Assembly (NCBI GenBank): GCA_965207845.1
Contig: CBDBNU010000003.1
Location: forward strand, 52,941 to 116,940
From: Dehalococcoidia bacterium
GTDB taxonomy: Bacteria; Chloroflexota; Dehalococcoidia; Lucifugimonadales; GCA-2712585
Length of the DNA: 64,000 nucleotides
Direction: 5' to 3'
Below are positions 18,078 to 27,464 of this stretch, piece after piece (the stretch's first letter is position 1; each line of letters begins with the position of its first letter). The notes beneath the pieces were generated by a model. That model made no database searches, had not been told where the DNA came from, and saw nothing but the letters and a program-made list of their open reading frames with translations. The position numbers and the translations under genes were made by a program.

Positions 18078-19615
18078 ACGCCTGGGAACCTGCTCAGGAG
18101 TTCAGCGACGCCGCTGTTTATGACATCCATGAGGGGAAGCGGCCACACGCCGACGAAAATGAGAATGAACACGAGCATTGCCGCCGCGCCCATTTCTATC
18201 CGGCCACCGTCGCTGAGGTGCTCCCAGCGTGGGTCCAGGGGGCCGAAGAAGGCCCGCGCCAGCAGCCTGAGGATGTAGACGGCGGTGATGGCCGCGCCGA
18301 CCACGCCGAGCACGGCGAGGTACCAGTATTCCTGGAATGCGCCCATGAAGATAAGCACTTCCGCTACGAAGCCACTCAATCCGGGCAGTCCGAGGGACGT
18401 GAGTCCCGCGACGGCAAAGAAGGCGACGGTGAGGCCCATCTTCTTGGACAAGCCGCCAAGGACGGTGATGTCGCGGGTGTGTGTCTTTTCGTAGATGACG
18501 CCGACGACGGCGAAGAAGAGGGCCGTCATGATGCCGTGCGAGAACATCTGCAAAACCGCGCCGCCCACCCCGAGGGGGTGGAGGGTGGCAATGCCCATGA
18601 GCACCAGCCCCATGTGGCTGACGCTGGAGTAGCCGACGACGTATTTCAGGTCCTTCTGGGAGAGGGCGGAGATTGCACCGTACATGACGTTCACTGTGCC
18701 GAGGCCGATGAGGACGGGCATCCAGGCCTCCGCGCCCTCGGGCAGGAGAGTCATACCGACGCGGATGATACCGTAGGCGCCCAGCTTCATCAGGACGCCG
18801 GCGTGGACCATGGATACTGCCGTCGGAGCGGCCACGTGGCCGTCGGGAGACCAGGTGTGGAAGGGCCAGAGTCCGGCCAGGACGCCAAAGCCCACCATGA
18901 AGAACGGGAAGAATAACAGCTGGAAGTTGCGGCTGAAGGCCCCTTCCTCCCCGAGGGTCTCCAGAAGCTCGATGGAGAATCCCGCCTGCGCAGTGGCGGC
19001 GTCGCCAAGGAAATCGCTGGCGGCAACGTATAGGGCGATGATGCCAATCCAGACCAGTATGCTGCCCGCGACCAGGTACAGGGTCAGCTTCATGGCCCCG
19101 TATTCCTTGGTGCGGAGGAAGTTGCCGAAGTTGGTGCTGCTGCCCCAGATGCCTATGAGGGGGAACATGGGCAGCACTGCGAGTTCGTAGAAGAAGAACA
19201 GGAAGAAGAGGTCCCGGACGACGAACACACCAAAGACGCCCGCCACCAGGAACATGAACAGGACGAAGAAGTCCTTGGAGCGGGGGGCCACGTTCCAGGA
19301 GACGAGGGCGCCGGCGAACATGACGATGCCCGTCAGCAGCACCATTGGCGCGGAGATGCCGTCGATGCCCAGGCTGAAGTCGATGTTGAGGGGCTGGTCC
19401 AGCCATCGCCAGGCGTTGACGAACTGGTAGCCGCCTTCGCCGTAGTCGTACATGGCGAAGATTACGATGGTCAGCGCGAGGGTGAGCGCGCCTGCCAGGA
19501 CCGCAAGGGACTTGATCGCCATGGTCTGGCTGCGCGGCATGAACACCAGCAGCGTACCCGCTCCGGCGGGCAGCAGGATGGTCAGCAGAAGGGCTATGCT
19601 CTTGAAATCTGCCAT
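18074..19615 (-). CDS. nuoM: NADH-quinone oxidoreductase subunit M
   Basis: 513-aa antiporter-like subunit (WPFHTWSPDGHVAAPTAVSMVHAGVLMKLG), in the conserved order L-M-N. Confidence 0.9.
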   Translation of the reverse strand: MADFKSIALLLTILLPAGAGTLLVFMPRSQTMAIKSLAVLAGALTLALTIVIFAMYDYGEGGYQFVNAWRWLDQPLNIDFSLGIDGISAPMVLLTGIVMFAGALVSWNVAPRSKDFFVLFMFLVAGVFGVFVVRDLFFLFFFYELAVLPMFPLIGIWGSSTNFGNFLRTKEYGAMKLTLYLVAGSILVWIGIIALYVAASDFLGDAATAQAGFSIELLETLGEEGAFSRNFQLLFFPFFMVGFGVLAGLWPFHTWSPDGHVAAPTAVSMVHAGVLMKLGAYGIIRVGMTLLPEGAEAWMPVLIGLGTVNVMYGAISALSQKDLKYVVGYSSVSHMGLVLMGIATLHPLGVGGAVLQMFSHGIMTALFFAVVGVIYEKTHTRDITVLGGLSKKMGLTVAFFAVAGLTSLGLPGLSGFVAEVLIFMGAFQEYWYLAVLGVVGAAITAVYILRLLARAFFGPLDPRWEHLSDGGRIEMGAAAMLVFILIFVGVWPLPLMDVINSGVAELLSRFPGV

Positions 19616-19621
19616 GACGCT

Positions 19622-21517
19622 TTAGCCGGCCGCCACCATTGCCCACCATGCGACGCCGAGGCCCAACGCGCCCAGCACCATGACCAGGGCGTAGTTGTAG
19701 ACGCGGCCAGTCACGTGGCGGCGAAGGTTGAAGGCGGATCGCTTGACGGAGTTAGCGGGGCCGTCGACGCCGGTGTCGTTGACTACCACGCGGTCGAAGA
19801 AGCCCAGGAAGCCGGAGAAGACGAGGATCACACGGTCGATGGTCCACTGATAGACGTGGTCGAAGAAGTAGCCGCGCTCGGCGAGGGCGGGGAAGGGAGT
19901 CGTCAACGACTTGAGGGTTGAGAGATATGGCTTGCCCTTCAGATAGGAGGACCAAGCGAGGAATACGGCCAGCAGGGCCAGGGCGAGGGAGCCAACGGCG
20001 AGGGCGACGTTGAATTCGAAACCGTGGGCCTTGTCGAAGAAGAGGAAGGACCCGATGCCTTCGAAGCCGCCGCCCCATTCGAAGGCGATAAAGCCGAAGC
20101 CCGCCGCCAGCACAGCCAGCAGCAACATGGGCAGCGCCATGGACGTGGGGGCCTCGTGGGCGGTGCGGTTTTCCTCCTTGAGCTCGCCGCGGAAGGCGAT
20201 GAAGTAGGCGCGGGCCATGTAGAGGGCGCTGAGGAAGACGGCAAGCATGGTGAAGGCGAGGAAGACCCAGTGCCGATTCTCAAGCACGGCCAGCAGGATT
20301 TCGTCTTTGCTCCAGAAACCGGCGAAGATTGGTATTCCTGCCAGCGACAACGCGCCTATGGCGAAGGTGAAGGATGTCAGGGGCATAACCTTGGCGAGGC
20401 CGCCCATCTTGCGGATGTCCGTCTGATCGGCGCCGTGCATGACGCTGCCCGCACCGAGGAAGAGCAGGGCCTTGGAGAAGCCGTGGGCCATGAGGTGGAA
20501 GATGGCGGCGGTGTAGCCGAAAGCGCCCAGAGAGAGCATCATCAGTCCCAGGTGGCTCACGGTGGAATAGGCCAGAATTCGTTTCAGGTCCGTGGCGGCG
20601 AGGGCCATTGTCGCCGTCACCAGCGTGGTTGCGAGTCCGACGATGGCCACCACCAACAGGGCGTCGGGGGCCGCTTCGAAGAGGGTGAAGGTGCGCGCCA
20701 CCAGGAACACACCGGCGACGACCATGGTGGCGGCGTGGATGAGGGCGCTGACCGGGGTGGGGCCTTCCATGGCGTCGGGGAGCCAAACGTGGAAGGGTAT
20801 CTGCGCGGACTTGCCCATGGCTCCCACGAAGAGCAGCAGCGCCGCTGCCAGGGCCGTGCCGCTGGAGAGCAGGCTGTCCTCGCCGGCCATCAGCAGTTCC
20901 GCCTGATGGAAGGTCTCCATCATGCTGAATGTCCCCACCTCCCGGAACAGGAGCAGGATGCCAACCAGCAGGGCAACGTCGGCGAGCCGGGTGGTTACGA
21001 AGGCCTTCTTGGCGGCTTCAGCCGCGGACTGCTTCTCGTACCAGAAGCCGATGAGCAGGTAGGAGCACACGCCGACCAGCTCCCACGCCACGTAGAGCAG
21101 CAGGAAGTTGTCGGCGAGAACAAGGGCCAGCATGGAGGCGGCGAACAGGGAGTGGAGGGCGAAGTACCAGCCGTAGCGGGGGTCGCCCTTCATGTATCCG
21201 ATGGAGTAGACCTGGACCATGAGGGCAACGAAGGTCACGAGGCCCAGCATGACGACGGTCAACGGGTCGACGATTATGCCCCAGGTGAAAGTCGCGCTGC
21301 CCGCCTGGAACCATTCCCGGGTGAAGACGTCCAGGCCCGTCGCGCCCTGGTCAATCCTGTCGAAGGCGACGAAGAGGAAGAGGACGAATCCCGCGGCGAT
21401 GGCCAGGATGGCCAGGAAGGAACCCTTGCCTGGTAGGAACCGCCCGAAGATGGCGATGATGGGAAAGGCTACGAAGCATAGCGCGGGGATGAGCCATGCC
21501 CATTCCATAGTCGGCAT
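19622..21517 (-). CDS. nuoL: NADH-quinone oxidoreductase subunit L
   Basis: 631 aa, the longest antiporter-like subunit (WLPDAMEGPTPVSALIHAATMVVAG), with the C-terminal extension expected of NuoL. Confidence 0.9.
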   Translation of the reverse strand: MPTMEWAWLIPALCFVAFPIIAIFGRFLPGKGSFLAILAIAAGFVLFLFVAFDRIDQGATGLDVFTREWFQAGSATFTWGIIVDPLTVVMLGLVTFVALMVQVYSIGYMKGDPRYGWYFALHSLFAASMLALVLADNFLLLYVAWELVGVCSYLLIGFWYEKQSAAEAAKKAFVTTRLADVALLVGILLLFREVGTFSMMETFHQAELLMAGEDSLLSSGTALAAALLLFVGAMGKSAQIPFHVWLPDAMEGPTPVSALIHAATMVVAGVFLVARTFTLFEAAPDALLVVAIVGLATTLVTATMALAATDLKRILAYSTVSHLGLMMLSLGAFGYTAAIFHLMAHGFSKALLFLGAGSVMHGADQTDIRKMGGLAKVMPLTSFTFAIGALSLAGIPIFAGFWSKDEILLAVLENRHWVFLAFTMLAVFLSALYMARAYFIAFRGELKEENRTAHEAPTSMALPMLLLAVLAAGFGFIAFEWGGGFEGIGSFLFFDKAHGFEFNVALAVGSLALALLAVFLAWSSYLKGKPYLSTLKSLTTPFPALAERGYFFDHVYQWTIDRVILVFSGFLGFFDRVVVNDTGVDGPANSVKRSAFNLRRHVTGRVYNYALVMVLGALGLGVAWWAMVAAG

Positions 21518-21567
21518 GGCCTAGTCTTTCTCCCCTTGGTTCAATGTCCTGCCTAAACGCAACTAAG

Positions 21568-21876
21568 CTATCCTTTCATCAGGTCTATTTCGTCCAGGTT
21601 TACGGTGGCGCGGTTGCGGAATATGCGCAGGACTATGGCGAGGGCCAGCCCCACCTCCGCCGCGGCCACGGTAATTACGAAGATGGCGATTATCAGTCCG
21701 GTGAAGCGGGTCGGGTCCAGGAAGGCCGCCGACGCTATCAGATTCAGGTTCACGGCGTTGAGCATGAGCTCAATGGACATGAGCACCAGCACCGCGCTGC
21801 GGCGGGCGAGTACGCCGTAGAGCCCAATGGCGAAAAGGGCGGCGCTGACAATCTGGAAGAAGGCCAGGTCTATCAA
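21568..21876 (-). CDS. nuoK: NADH-quinone oxidoreductase subunit K
   Basis: 102 aa with 3 TM helices, in position between J and L. Confidence 0.88.
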   Translation of the reverse strand: MIDLAFFQIVSAALFAIGLYGVLARRSAVLVLMSIELMLNAVNLNLIASAAFLDPTRFTGLIIAIFVITVAAAEVGLALAIVLRIFRNRATVNLDEIDLMKG

Positions 21877-22361
21877 CCCCGCCTCCTGTCTTCCCGGGCA
21901 ATTACGATGGCGCCCACCAGGGCGATGAGCAGCACGATGGACGCAATTTCGAAGGGCAATGCCCAGTCGGTGAACAGGGAGTGGCCCAGGTCGGTGAAGG
22001 CCACGCGGGTGCGTTCATCCGCTTCCGGCCGGTTGACCAGGAAAGCGAAGGTAAGCAGCCCGAATAACAGAAGTCCGGCCACCGCCGCAAAGGGCCACTG
22101 GGCGTTGTCGGAGATGCGGGGATATTCCCGGGAGCGGGTGAGCATGATTGCAAAGAGGATGACGATGATAATCGCGCCCCCGTAGATGAATATCTGCACC
22201 AGTGCGAGGAATTCCGTCAGCAGCAGCACGTAGAGTCCGGCGACGGCCAGGAGGGAGAGGAGGAGAAAGAGGGCGGAATGGACCACGTTTCGGGCCGCAA
22301 CTACGCCCAACCCACCACCCAAGGCCATAGCGGACATGAGGAAGAAGAAGAACCACGTCAT
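21873..22361 (-). CDS. nuoJ: NADH-quinone oxidoreductase subunit J
   Basis: 162-aa membrane protein (IFIYGGAIIIVILFAIML), in the conserved position. Confidence 0.85.
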   Translation of the reverse strand: MTWFFFFLMSAMALGGGLGVVAARNVVHSALFLLLSLLAVAGLYVLLLTEFLALVQIFIYGGAIIIVILFAIMLTRSREYPRISDNAQWPFAAVAGLLLFGLLTFAFLVNRPEADERTRVAFTDLGHSLFTDWALPFEIASIVLLIALVGAIVIAREDRRRG

Positions 22362-22368
22362 TTCAGAA

Positions 22369-22929
22369 TTAGGCCTTTGGCTTGGCCTTCTCCTCCTGCG
22401 CTGCGTTCTTGGTCGGACGGGGCTTGCGGGCCGCCGGTCTGCGGCGGGGCGCGGCCTTCTTCTTGAGAGTCGAGGGCGGCACCCAGTTCTGATCTTCCTG
22501 GTACCGCTTGCCCATCTCCAGAAGTTCGATGAGGTCCACCCGGTCGCCGTTGCGCTCGTAGACGCTCATCTCGTGCTCGTGGCTCATGACGATTGCGTCG
22601 AAGTTGCAGACGTTGACGCAGATGCCGCAGAGGATGCAGCGGTTCAGATTAATCTCAAAGGTGTCGACAATCTTCCGGCGCTTACTCTTGCCCTCTGCCT
22701 GCAGGGGGTTGTCCTTCATGGTGGCGCTCATGCACTGGGTGGGGCACTGGCGAATGCAGACCATGCAGGAGGTGCAGTAAGGCTCCTCCACGTCGAAGTC
22801 CCAGGTCAGGGCGGGGAAGCCCATGTACCTGTCCTGGAGCTTCCGCGGCTTGTTGGGATACTGGTCCGTGACGGGTTTCTTGAACACGGAGACCAGGGTC
22901 AACACCATCCCCTTCATGCTAGCTAACAT
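22369..22929 (-). CDS. nuoI: NADH-quinone oxidoreductase subunit I (2x[4Fe-4S])
   Basis: Two ferredoxin motifs, CTSCMVCIRQCP and CILCGICVNVCN. Start chosen at MLASMKGMV because of GGGAGG 6 nt upstream. Lys/Arg/Pro-rich C-terminal tail. Confidence 0.88.
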   Translation of the reverse strand: MLASMKGMVLTLVSVFKKPVTDQYPNKPRKLQDRYMGFPALTWDFDVEEPYCTSCMVCIRQCPTQCMSATMKDNPLQAEGKSKRRKIVDTFEINLNRCILCGICVNVCNFDAIVMSHEHEMSVYERNGDRVDLIELLEMGKRYQEDQNWVPPSTLKKKAAPRRRPAARKPRPTKNAAQEEKAKPKA

Positions 22930-24082
22930 TTCCAACCCTCCCGGGACGCCTTCCATAGAGCTTTGCCAACCGCTGCACCGGCTGGGTGAACTTTCGATAC
23001 AGCCAATATCCTACCACACCCAAAACGGCCAGAGACATGACGGTCATGGTCCAGGCGGGCCAGTCGTAGAAGCGGTAGACGGCGCTGATGACCACTCCCA
23101 CGAAGGAGAGGGGAATCATCGCCTTCCAGCCGAATGCCATGAGCTGGTCCACGCGGAGACGGGGGAACGTGCCCCGAATCCAGAAGATGACGACAACGAC
23201 GGCGTAGGTCTTCAGCAGGAACCACATCCACTCCGGCAGGAAGGGCCCGTACCAGCCGCCAAGGAAGAAGAGGGCGGTCAGCGCTCCGACGAGGAAGGTG
23301 TTTATGTATTCGGCGAGGAAGAAAACGGAGAAGTGGGCGCCGCTGTATTCGACGAACGGCCCGCCCACGATTTCAGATTCTGCGAAATAGATGTCGAAGG
23401 GGATGCGCCCAACTTCTGCCAGTCCGGCGATGAGGAACAGGACCATGCCCAAGGGGAAAATGAGAATCAGGGGGACGCCGATGTGATTGAAGGTCTTGCC
23501 GGCGTCGGCGGCCTCGTTGAGGATATCCTCGCCGACGCTGAGGGGCACCTGGCTGGCGGCGATTACGCGGAGGTCCAGGGACTCGGCCAGGATGGCCACG
23601 GAAACGACGACCATGACGAGGGGCACTTCGTAGCTCACCAGCTGCGCCGCAGACCGGAGGCCGCCGAGGGCGCCGTACTTGTTTGCCGAACCCCAGCCCG
23701 CAAGCAGCAGTCCGAGGATGGAGACAACGAGCAGGGCGACGATTACGAAGAGGCCCAGGTCCAGGTTGTGCAGCACCAGGTTCTTGGCGGCGGGGATGGT
23801 CACCCATATCATGAAGCTGGGGATGAGCACCAGCAGGGGCGCGACCCAGAAGATGGCCTTGTCCGCCCAGGAGGGGATCAGGTCTTCCTTCAGCACCAGC
23901 TTGATAGCGTCGGCGACGGGCTGGAGAAGACCGAACGGCCCGGTTCGGGTGGGGCCGAGCCGCCGCTGCAACCGGCCCAGGAACTTCCGCTCGATCCAGA
24001 TCATGGAGATGACCACGATGGATAGAGCCGTGAACAGTATCAGCAGGGCGATTATCAGCAGCAGGATATCAAGCAGGTTCAC
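22919..24082 (-). CDS. nuoH: NADH-quinone oxidoreductase subunit H
   Basis: 387 aa, ERKFLGRLQRRLGPTRTGPFGLLQPVADAIKL is the NuoH/ND1 signature. Confidence 0.93.
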   Translation of the reverse strand: MNLLDILLLIIALLILFTALSIVVISMIWIERKFLGRLQRRLGPTRTGPFGLLQPVADAIKLVLKEDLIPSWADKAIFWVAPLLVLIPSFMIWVTIPAAKNLVLHNLDLGLFVIVALLVVSILGLLLAGWGSANKYGALGGLRSAAQLVSYEVPLVMVVVSVAILAESLDLRVIAASQVPLSVGEDILNEAADAGKTFNHIGVPLILIFPLGMVLFLIAGLAEVGRIPFDIYFAESEIVGGPFVEYSGAHFSVFFLAEYINTFLVGALTALFFLGGWYGPFLPEWMWFLLKTYAVVVVIFWIRGTFPRLRVDQLMAFGWKAMIPLSFVGVVISAVYRFYDWPAWTMTVMSLAVLGVVGYWLYRKFTQPVQRLAKLYGRRPGRVGNVS

Positions 24083-25191
24083 CGGTCCACCTCACCGAGA
24101 ACGATGTCCAGGGAACCGAGAATGACCACTGCGTCGGCGATATATGAGTCCTTTACCAGGTGCCGCAGGGCGCTAAGGTTGCAGAAGGAGGGCGGGCGGA
24201 CTTTCACGCGGTAGGGCTTGTCCGTACCGTCGCTGACCAGATAGACGCCGATTTCGCCGCGGGGGTTTTCGGCGCGGACATAAACGTCCCCCTTGGGCGG
24301 ACGGATGAGGCGGCGGCCGACGGAGTTGACCTCGCCCTCGGGCATGCCTTCCAGGGCCTGGTCGATGATGCGGAGGGACTCGTACATCTCCAGCACGCGG
24401 ACGAAGTATCGGTCCCAGCAGTCGCCGTCGCGGGCCACGGGGACGTTGAACTCGAACCTGTCATAGATGGAATAGGGTTCGGCGCGGCGAACGTCGTACT
24501 CCATGCCGCAGGCGCGGAGGCAGGGGCCGGTCCAGCCGTAGTCGATGGCCGTTTCGAGGTCGATAGCGCCGATATCCTTGGACCGCGCCACGAAGACCTC
24601 GTTGAAGCTCAGGAGGCGGTCGCACTCCTGAACGTCGGCGCGAATGTCCTTGAGGAGATCCGCCATCATCTGCTTGAAGTTGGGGGGAACGTCTTCCTTG
24701 ACCCCGCCGACGTGGACGTAGTTGTGCATCATGCGGGCGCCGCTAACGCCTTCGAAGAGGCCTTGGATGCGCTCCCGGCCGCGGAAGGCGAACATCACCG
24801 GCGTCATCGCTCCGGCGTCGAGGCCGAAGGTGCCGAGGAATAGCAGGTGGCTGGCGATGCGGTTCAGCTCGCCGAGGATGACGCGGATGTACTCGGCGCG
24901 CTCCGGGACTTCGACGCCCATGAGCTTCTCGACGGCGCGGCAGAAGACCCACTCGTTGTTGAAGTTGCTGATGTAGTCCATCCTGTCGAAGAGGGTGACT
25001 ACCTGGTGGTACTGTTCGCCCTCGGCCAGCTTCTCCGACCCGCGATGCAGGTAGCCGATGTGGGGTTCGGCGTCGATGATGACCTCGCCGTCGACGCGCA
25101 GCAGCATGCGGAAGACGCCGTGGGTGCTGGGGTGCTGAGGCCCCATGTTCATCAACAGGTCTACTTGCTGGCCTTCATCCACCGTGGTCAT
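24079..25191 (-). CDS. nuoD: NADH-quinone oxidoreductase subunit D
   Basis: 370 aa, NMGPQHPSTHGVFRM motif. Directly abuts nuoH, so no nuoE/F/G lies between them. Confidence 0.93.
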   Translation of the reverse strand: MTTVDEGQQVDLLMNMGPQHPSTHGVFRMLLRVDGEVIIDAEPHIGYLHRGSEKLAEGEQYHQVVTLFDRMDYISNFNNEWVFCRAVEKLMGVEVPERAEYIRVILGELNRIASHLLFLGTFGLDAGAMTPVMFAFRGRERIQGLFEGVSGARMMHNYVHVGGVKEDVPPNFKQMMADLLKDIRADVQECDRLLSFNEVFVARSKDIGAIDLETAIDYGWTGPCLRACGMEYDVRRAEPYSIYDRFEFNVPVARDGDCWDRYFVRVLEMYESLRIIDQALEGMPEGEVNSVGRRLIRPPKGDVYVRAENPRGEIGVYLVSDGTDKPYRVKVRPPSFCNLSALRHLVKDSYIADAVVILGSLDIVLGEVDR

Positions 25192-25466
25192 GGCTGCTGC
25201 TCTTCTTCGTCGTCAGAAAAGATGAGGTAGATCTCCGTGTACTCGTCCACGTTCTCGTAGCCGGCGTCGATGAGTTCCTTCTCCAGGATGCCCTTCTCCT
25301 CCCGGGACTCGGCCCAGTTGCGGAAGTCCCGAACCAGGCGGCTTTCGGCCTCCTCGGCGGTGTCGCCGTAGGAGACGAGGGGGAGGCGGTCGACCGTGGC
25401 CAGGAACGCCTCTCCCTGACTGATGACGGCGCCTCGGAGCACGAGGGGTTTCGGCTCGACCTTCAT
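25188..25466 (-). CDS. 92-aa HicB/UPF0150-fold-like protein embedded between nuoC and nuoD
   Basis: EAFLATVDRLPLVSYGDTAEEAESRLVRDFRNW resembles the HicB-like motif (x-A-x-x-P-x-L-P-x-x-x-x-G-x-T-x-EEA). Acidic tail DDEEEQQP. Host-like high GC3. 4-nt overlap with the nuoD start and 21-nt gap after nuoC. Confidence 0.55.
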   Translation of the reverse strand: MKVEPKPLVLRGAVISQGEAFLATVDRLPLVSYGDTAEEAESRLVRDFRNWAESREEKGILEKELIDAGYENVDEYTEIYLIFSDDEEEQQP

Positions 25467-25487
25467 GACAACGTCACCGGCTTTGAA

Positions 25488-26012
25488 TTAATACTCTTCA
25501 TATTCGTGGAAGGGGAACTCTTTCAGTCCGGGATGTCCCTCAAAGCCCTCGTAGAGGAGCAGGGGGGCGAGGTCCGGGTGTCCTTCGAACTCCACGCCGA
25601 ACAGGTCGTGGGCCTCCCGTTCGTACCAGTCGGCGGCGCGCCAGAGCGAGGTGAGGGTTGGTAGCTTGGGGTTTTCGTAGGGAAGGTCCGTCTTGATGGC
25701 GAGGGTCTGCTCCTCCTGGCTGGAGTGGAGCATGTAGACCATCTGGATGCGGTCTTTGTAGTCCACGGCGGCGACGCAGAGGAGAGTCTTGAAGGCGGTG
25801 TCCGGGTTTGTCTTGAGGGCGCTGCAGACGTCGGCGATGTCCGACGGTTCGATGGAGATGCGGGGCCTGTCGAGAACTGCCCCCGTCTCGACCTTGCGGT
25901 CGCCGAGGGCCTGGGTGATGACGTCCAGAATACGCCGACCCTCCGGCGAAAGGGCCGCCATCTCGTCGACGGGTTCGGGCTCAGCCCTGCCCCTAGCTGC
26001 GCGCCGGTTCAC
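25488..26012 (-). CDS. nuoC: NADH-quinone oxidoreductase subunit C
   Basis: 174 aa, C-terminal [19 protein letters not shown] signature. The start may be GTG at 26012 or ATG at 25961. Confidence 0.88.
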   Translation of the reverse strand: MNRRAARGRAEPEPVDEMAALSPEGRRILDVITQALGDRKVETGAVLDRPRISIEPSDIADVCSALKTNPDTAFKTLLCVAAVDYKDRIQMVYMLHSSQEEQTLAIKTDLPYENPKLPTLTSLWRAADWYEREAHDLFGVEFEGHPDLAPLLLYEGFEGHPGLKEFPFHEYEEY

Positions 26013-26517
26013 CCTTCGCGTCCTGCACTATCTTTTCCTGTAGCCTGAGTATCCCCTGCATGAGCGCCTCGGGACGGGGCGGACAGCCGGGAACGTAGAC
26101 GTCCACGGGCACGATGTGGTCGACGCCCATGACGACGGAATAGGAGCGGTAGTAGGGGCCGCCGTTGGTGGCGCAGCTGCCCATGGCGATGACCCACTTG
26201 GGTTCCGGCATCTGCTCGTAGAGCAGGCGGATGGGATCGGCCATCTTCTTGACCACGGTGCCGGCGACAATCATCACGTCGGACTGTCGCGGGGAGGGCC
26301 AGGTGACGACGCCGAACCGGTCGAAGTCGTGATGGGCCATGTAGGTGGACATCATTTCGATGGCGCAGCAGGCGAGGCCGAAGGTCATTGCCCAGAGGGA
26401 AGACTTGCGGGCCATGGCGAATAGCTGCTCGGATTGGGCGGTAATGACGCCCGGCATGCCTTTGTTCAGGAGGTTGGGGCCCGGCAGGTTGCCGGGATTG
26501 GGTTTTACCTCCGCCAT
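25993..26517 (-). CDS. nuoB: NADH-quinone oxidoreductase subunit B
   Basis: [11 protein letters not shown] and [10 protein letters not shown]...PGCPPRP cluster-N2 motifs. AAGGAG lies 7 nt upstream of the ATG. Confidence 0.93.
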   Translation of the reverse strand: MAEVKPNPGNLPGPNLLNKGMPGVITAQSEQLFAMARKSSLWAMTFGLACCAIEMMSTYMAHHDFDRFGVVTWPSPRQSDVMIVAGTVVKKMADPIRLLYEQMPEPKWVIAMGSCATNGGPYYRSYSVVMGVDHIVPVDVYVPGCPPRPEALMQGILRLQEKIVQDAKGEPARS

Positions 26518-26873
26518 TCAAGGACTCCTTTCTTCCAACCGTACAGGATGGCAAAGAAGAGTACCGCCAGGAATATCATCATGGCGTAGAAGGCGATGTT
26601 GTTGCCCATGAAGACCACCGCCCAGGGGAATAGGAACACGGCTTCCACGTCGAATATAAGGAAGAGGATGGCAAAGATGTAGTAGCGGATGCTTATCTGG
26701 GAGAAGGAGTAGGGAGTGGGGAGGATGCCGCATTCGTAGGGTGTCGACTTGATTTCGGACTTGCGCTTGGAGGAGATGAGGAAGGAAGCGGCGAACATGA
26801 TGGCGATGGCCACAAAGGCGATGATGCCCGCAAAGAGCAGGGCCAGCCAGTTTTCCGCCAAGACTTCCGGCAT
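26505..26873 (-). CDS. nuoA: NADH-quinone oxidoreductase subunit A
   Basis: 122 aa with 3 TM helices, YECGI motif, GGGAG ribosome-binding site. First gene of the operon. Confidence 0.9.
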   Translation of the reverse strand: MPEVLAENWLALLFAGIIAFVAIAIMFAASFLISSKRKSEIKSTPYECGILPTPYSFSQISIRYYIFAILFLIFDVEAVFLFPWAVVFMGNNIAFYAMMIFLAVLFFAILYGWKKGVLEWRR

Positions 26874-26938
26874 ATTTTCTCCCTTGAAGGCGCAGAGAGT
26901 CAGAGTCTACGAAGGTTCAGGGCCTATCACCAAGGTAA

Positions 26939-26968
26939 ATTATAGCATTGCGGTTTCAGCAGCGTCAA
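26939..26968 (-). promoter_or_regulatory. putative sigma-70 promoter of the nuo operon (extended -10)
   Basis: Minus strand: TTGACG (26963-26968), 18-nt spacer, TGcTATAAT (26939-26947), about 65 nt upstream of the nuoA ATG. Confidence 0.55.
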
Positions 26969-27000
26969 CGAATTCCGCCGTTTCAGCCAAATGCGGGGAC

Positions 27001-27029
27001 CTCACATTTGCCCGCGGGTCCGGTAGAAT
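27001..27029 (+). promoter_or_regulatory. possible promoter for the low-GC islet genes
   Basis: TAGAAT at 27024-27029 with a weak -35 (CTCACA) 17 nt upstream. Divergent from the nuo promoter. Confidence 0.3.
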
Positions 27030-27066
27030 ATCCGCCGAACACTATTTCTTGAGGGAGGATTGAACG

Positions 27067-27351
27067 ATGGGTTTGGATGTTGGGACAGTACGATTTGACT
27101 ACTCACATTCTCCGAAGGGCGCATGCGTGAAATTCGCCTGGCATCTGGCGGAAAGCTACGATGACGCCGATTGGGGTCTTGCAGAGGGCGAAAACGTAAT
27201 CGCGGAATACACCCTTGAATCATTGGTGGGTTTCGCCAAGAGCTACGGTACATCGGCAGGGCTAAGCGATTCAGACAAGGCCGAGATTGACGGCTGGATA
27301 CGCGGACTGCCGTGGCGGGACGGGTTTGTGGCGCTTCACTTTGGGTGGTGA
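27067..27351 (+). CDS. hypothetical 94-aa protein
   Basis: ATG preceded by GAGGGAGGA. No recognisable motif. First ORF of the islet. Confidence 0.45.
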   Translation: MGLDVGTVRFDYSHSPKGACVKFAWHLAESYDDADWGLAEGENVIAEYTLESLVGFAKSYGTSAGLSDSDKAEIDGWIRGLPWRDGFVALHFGW

Positions 27352-27464
27352 TGGGGAGGGAGGAACTCGCTTGGTGGAATGTCAGATTAGTTGCCTCTAT
27401 ACTTGTAGAGCGCAGTCAGATTCGGATTTGCATCTTCCGATACTTGATTGCTTGAGGGGATGAC

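Noticed and set aside
16974-24025. Long ORFs 16974-18029(+), 18102-19649(-), 20024-21436(+) and 22823-24025(+) within the nuo operon
   Set aside because: They are antisense or off-frame relative to the polytopic Nuo subunits. Their translations are Arg/Gly/His/Asp-rich with no membrane character. 18102-19649 is an alternative frame of nuoM.
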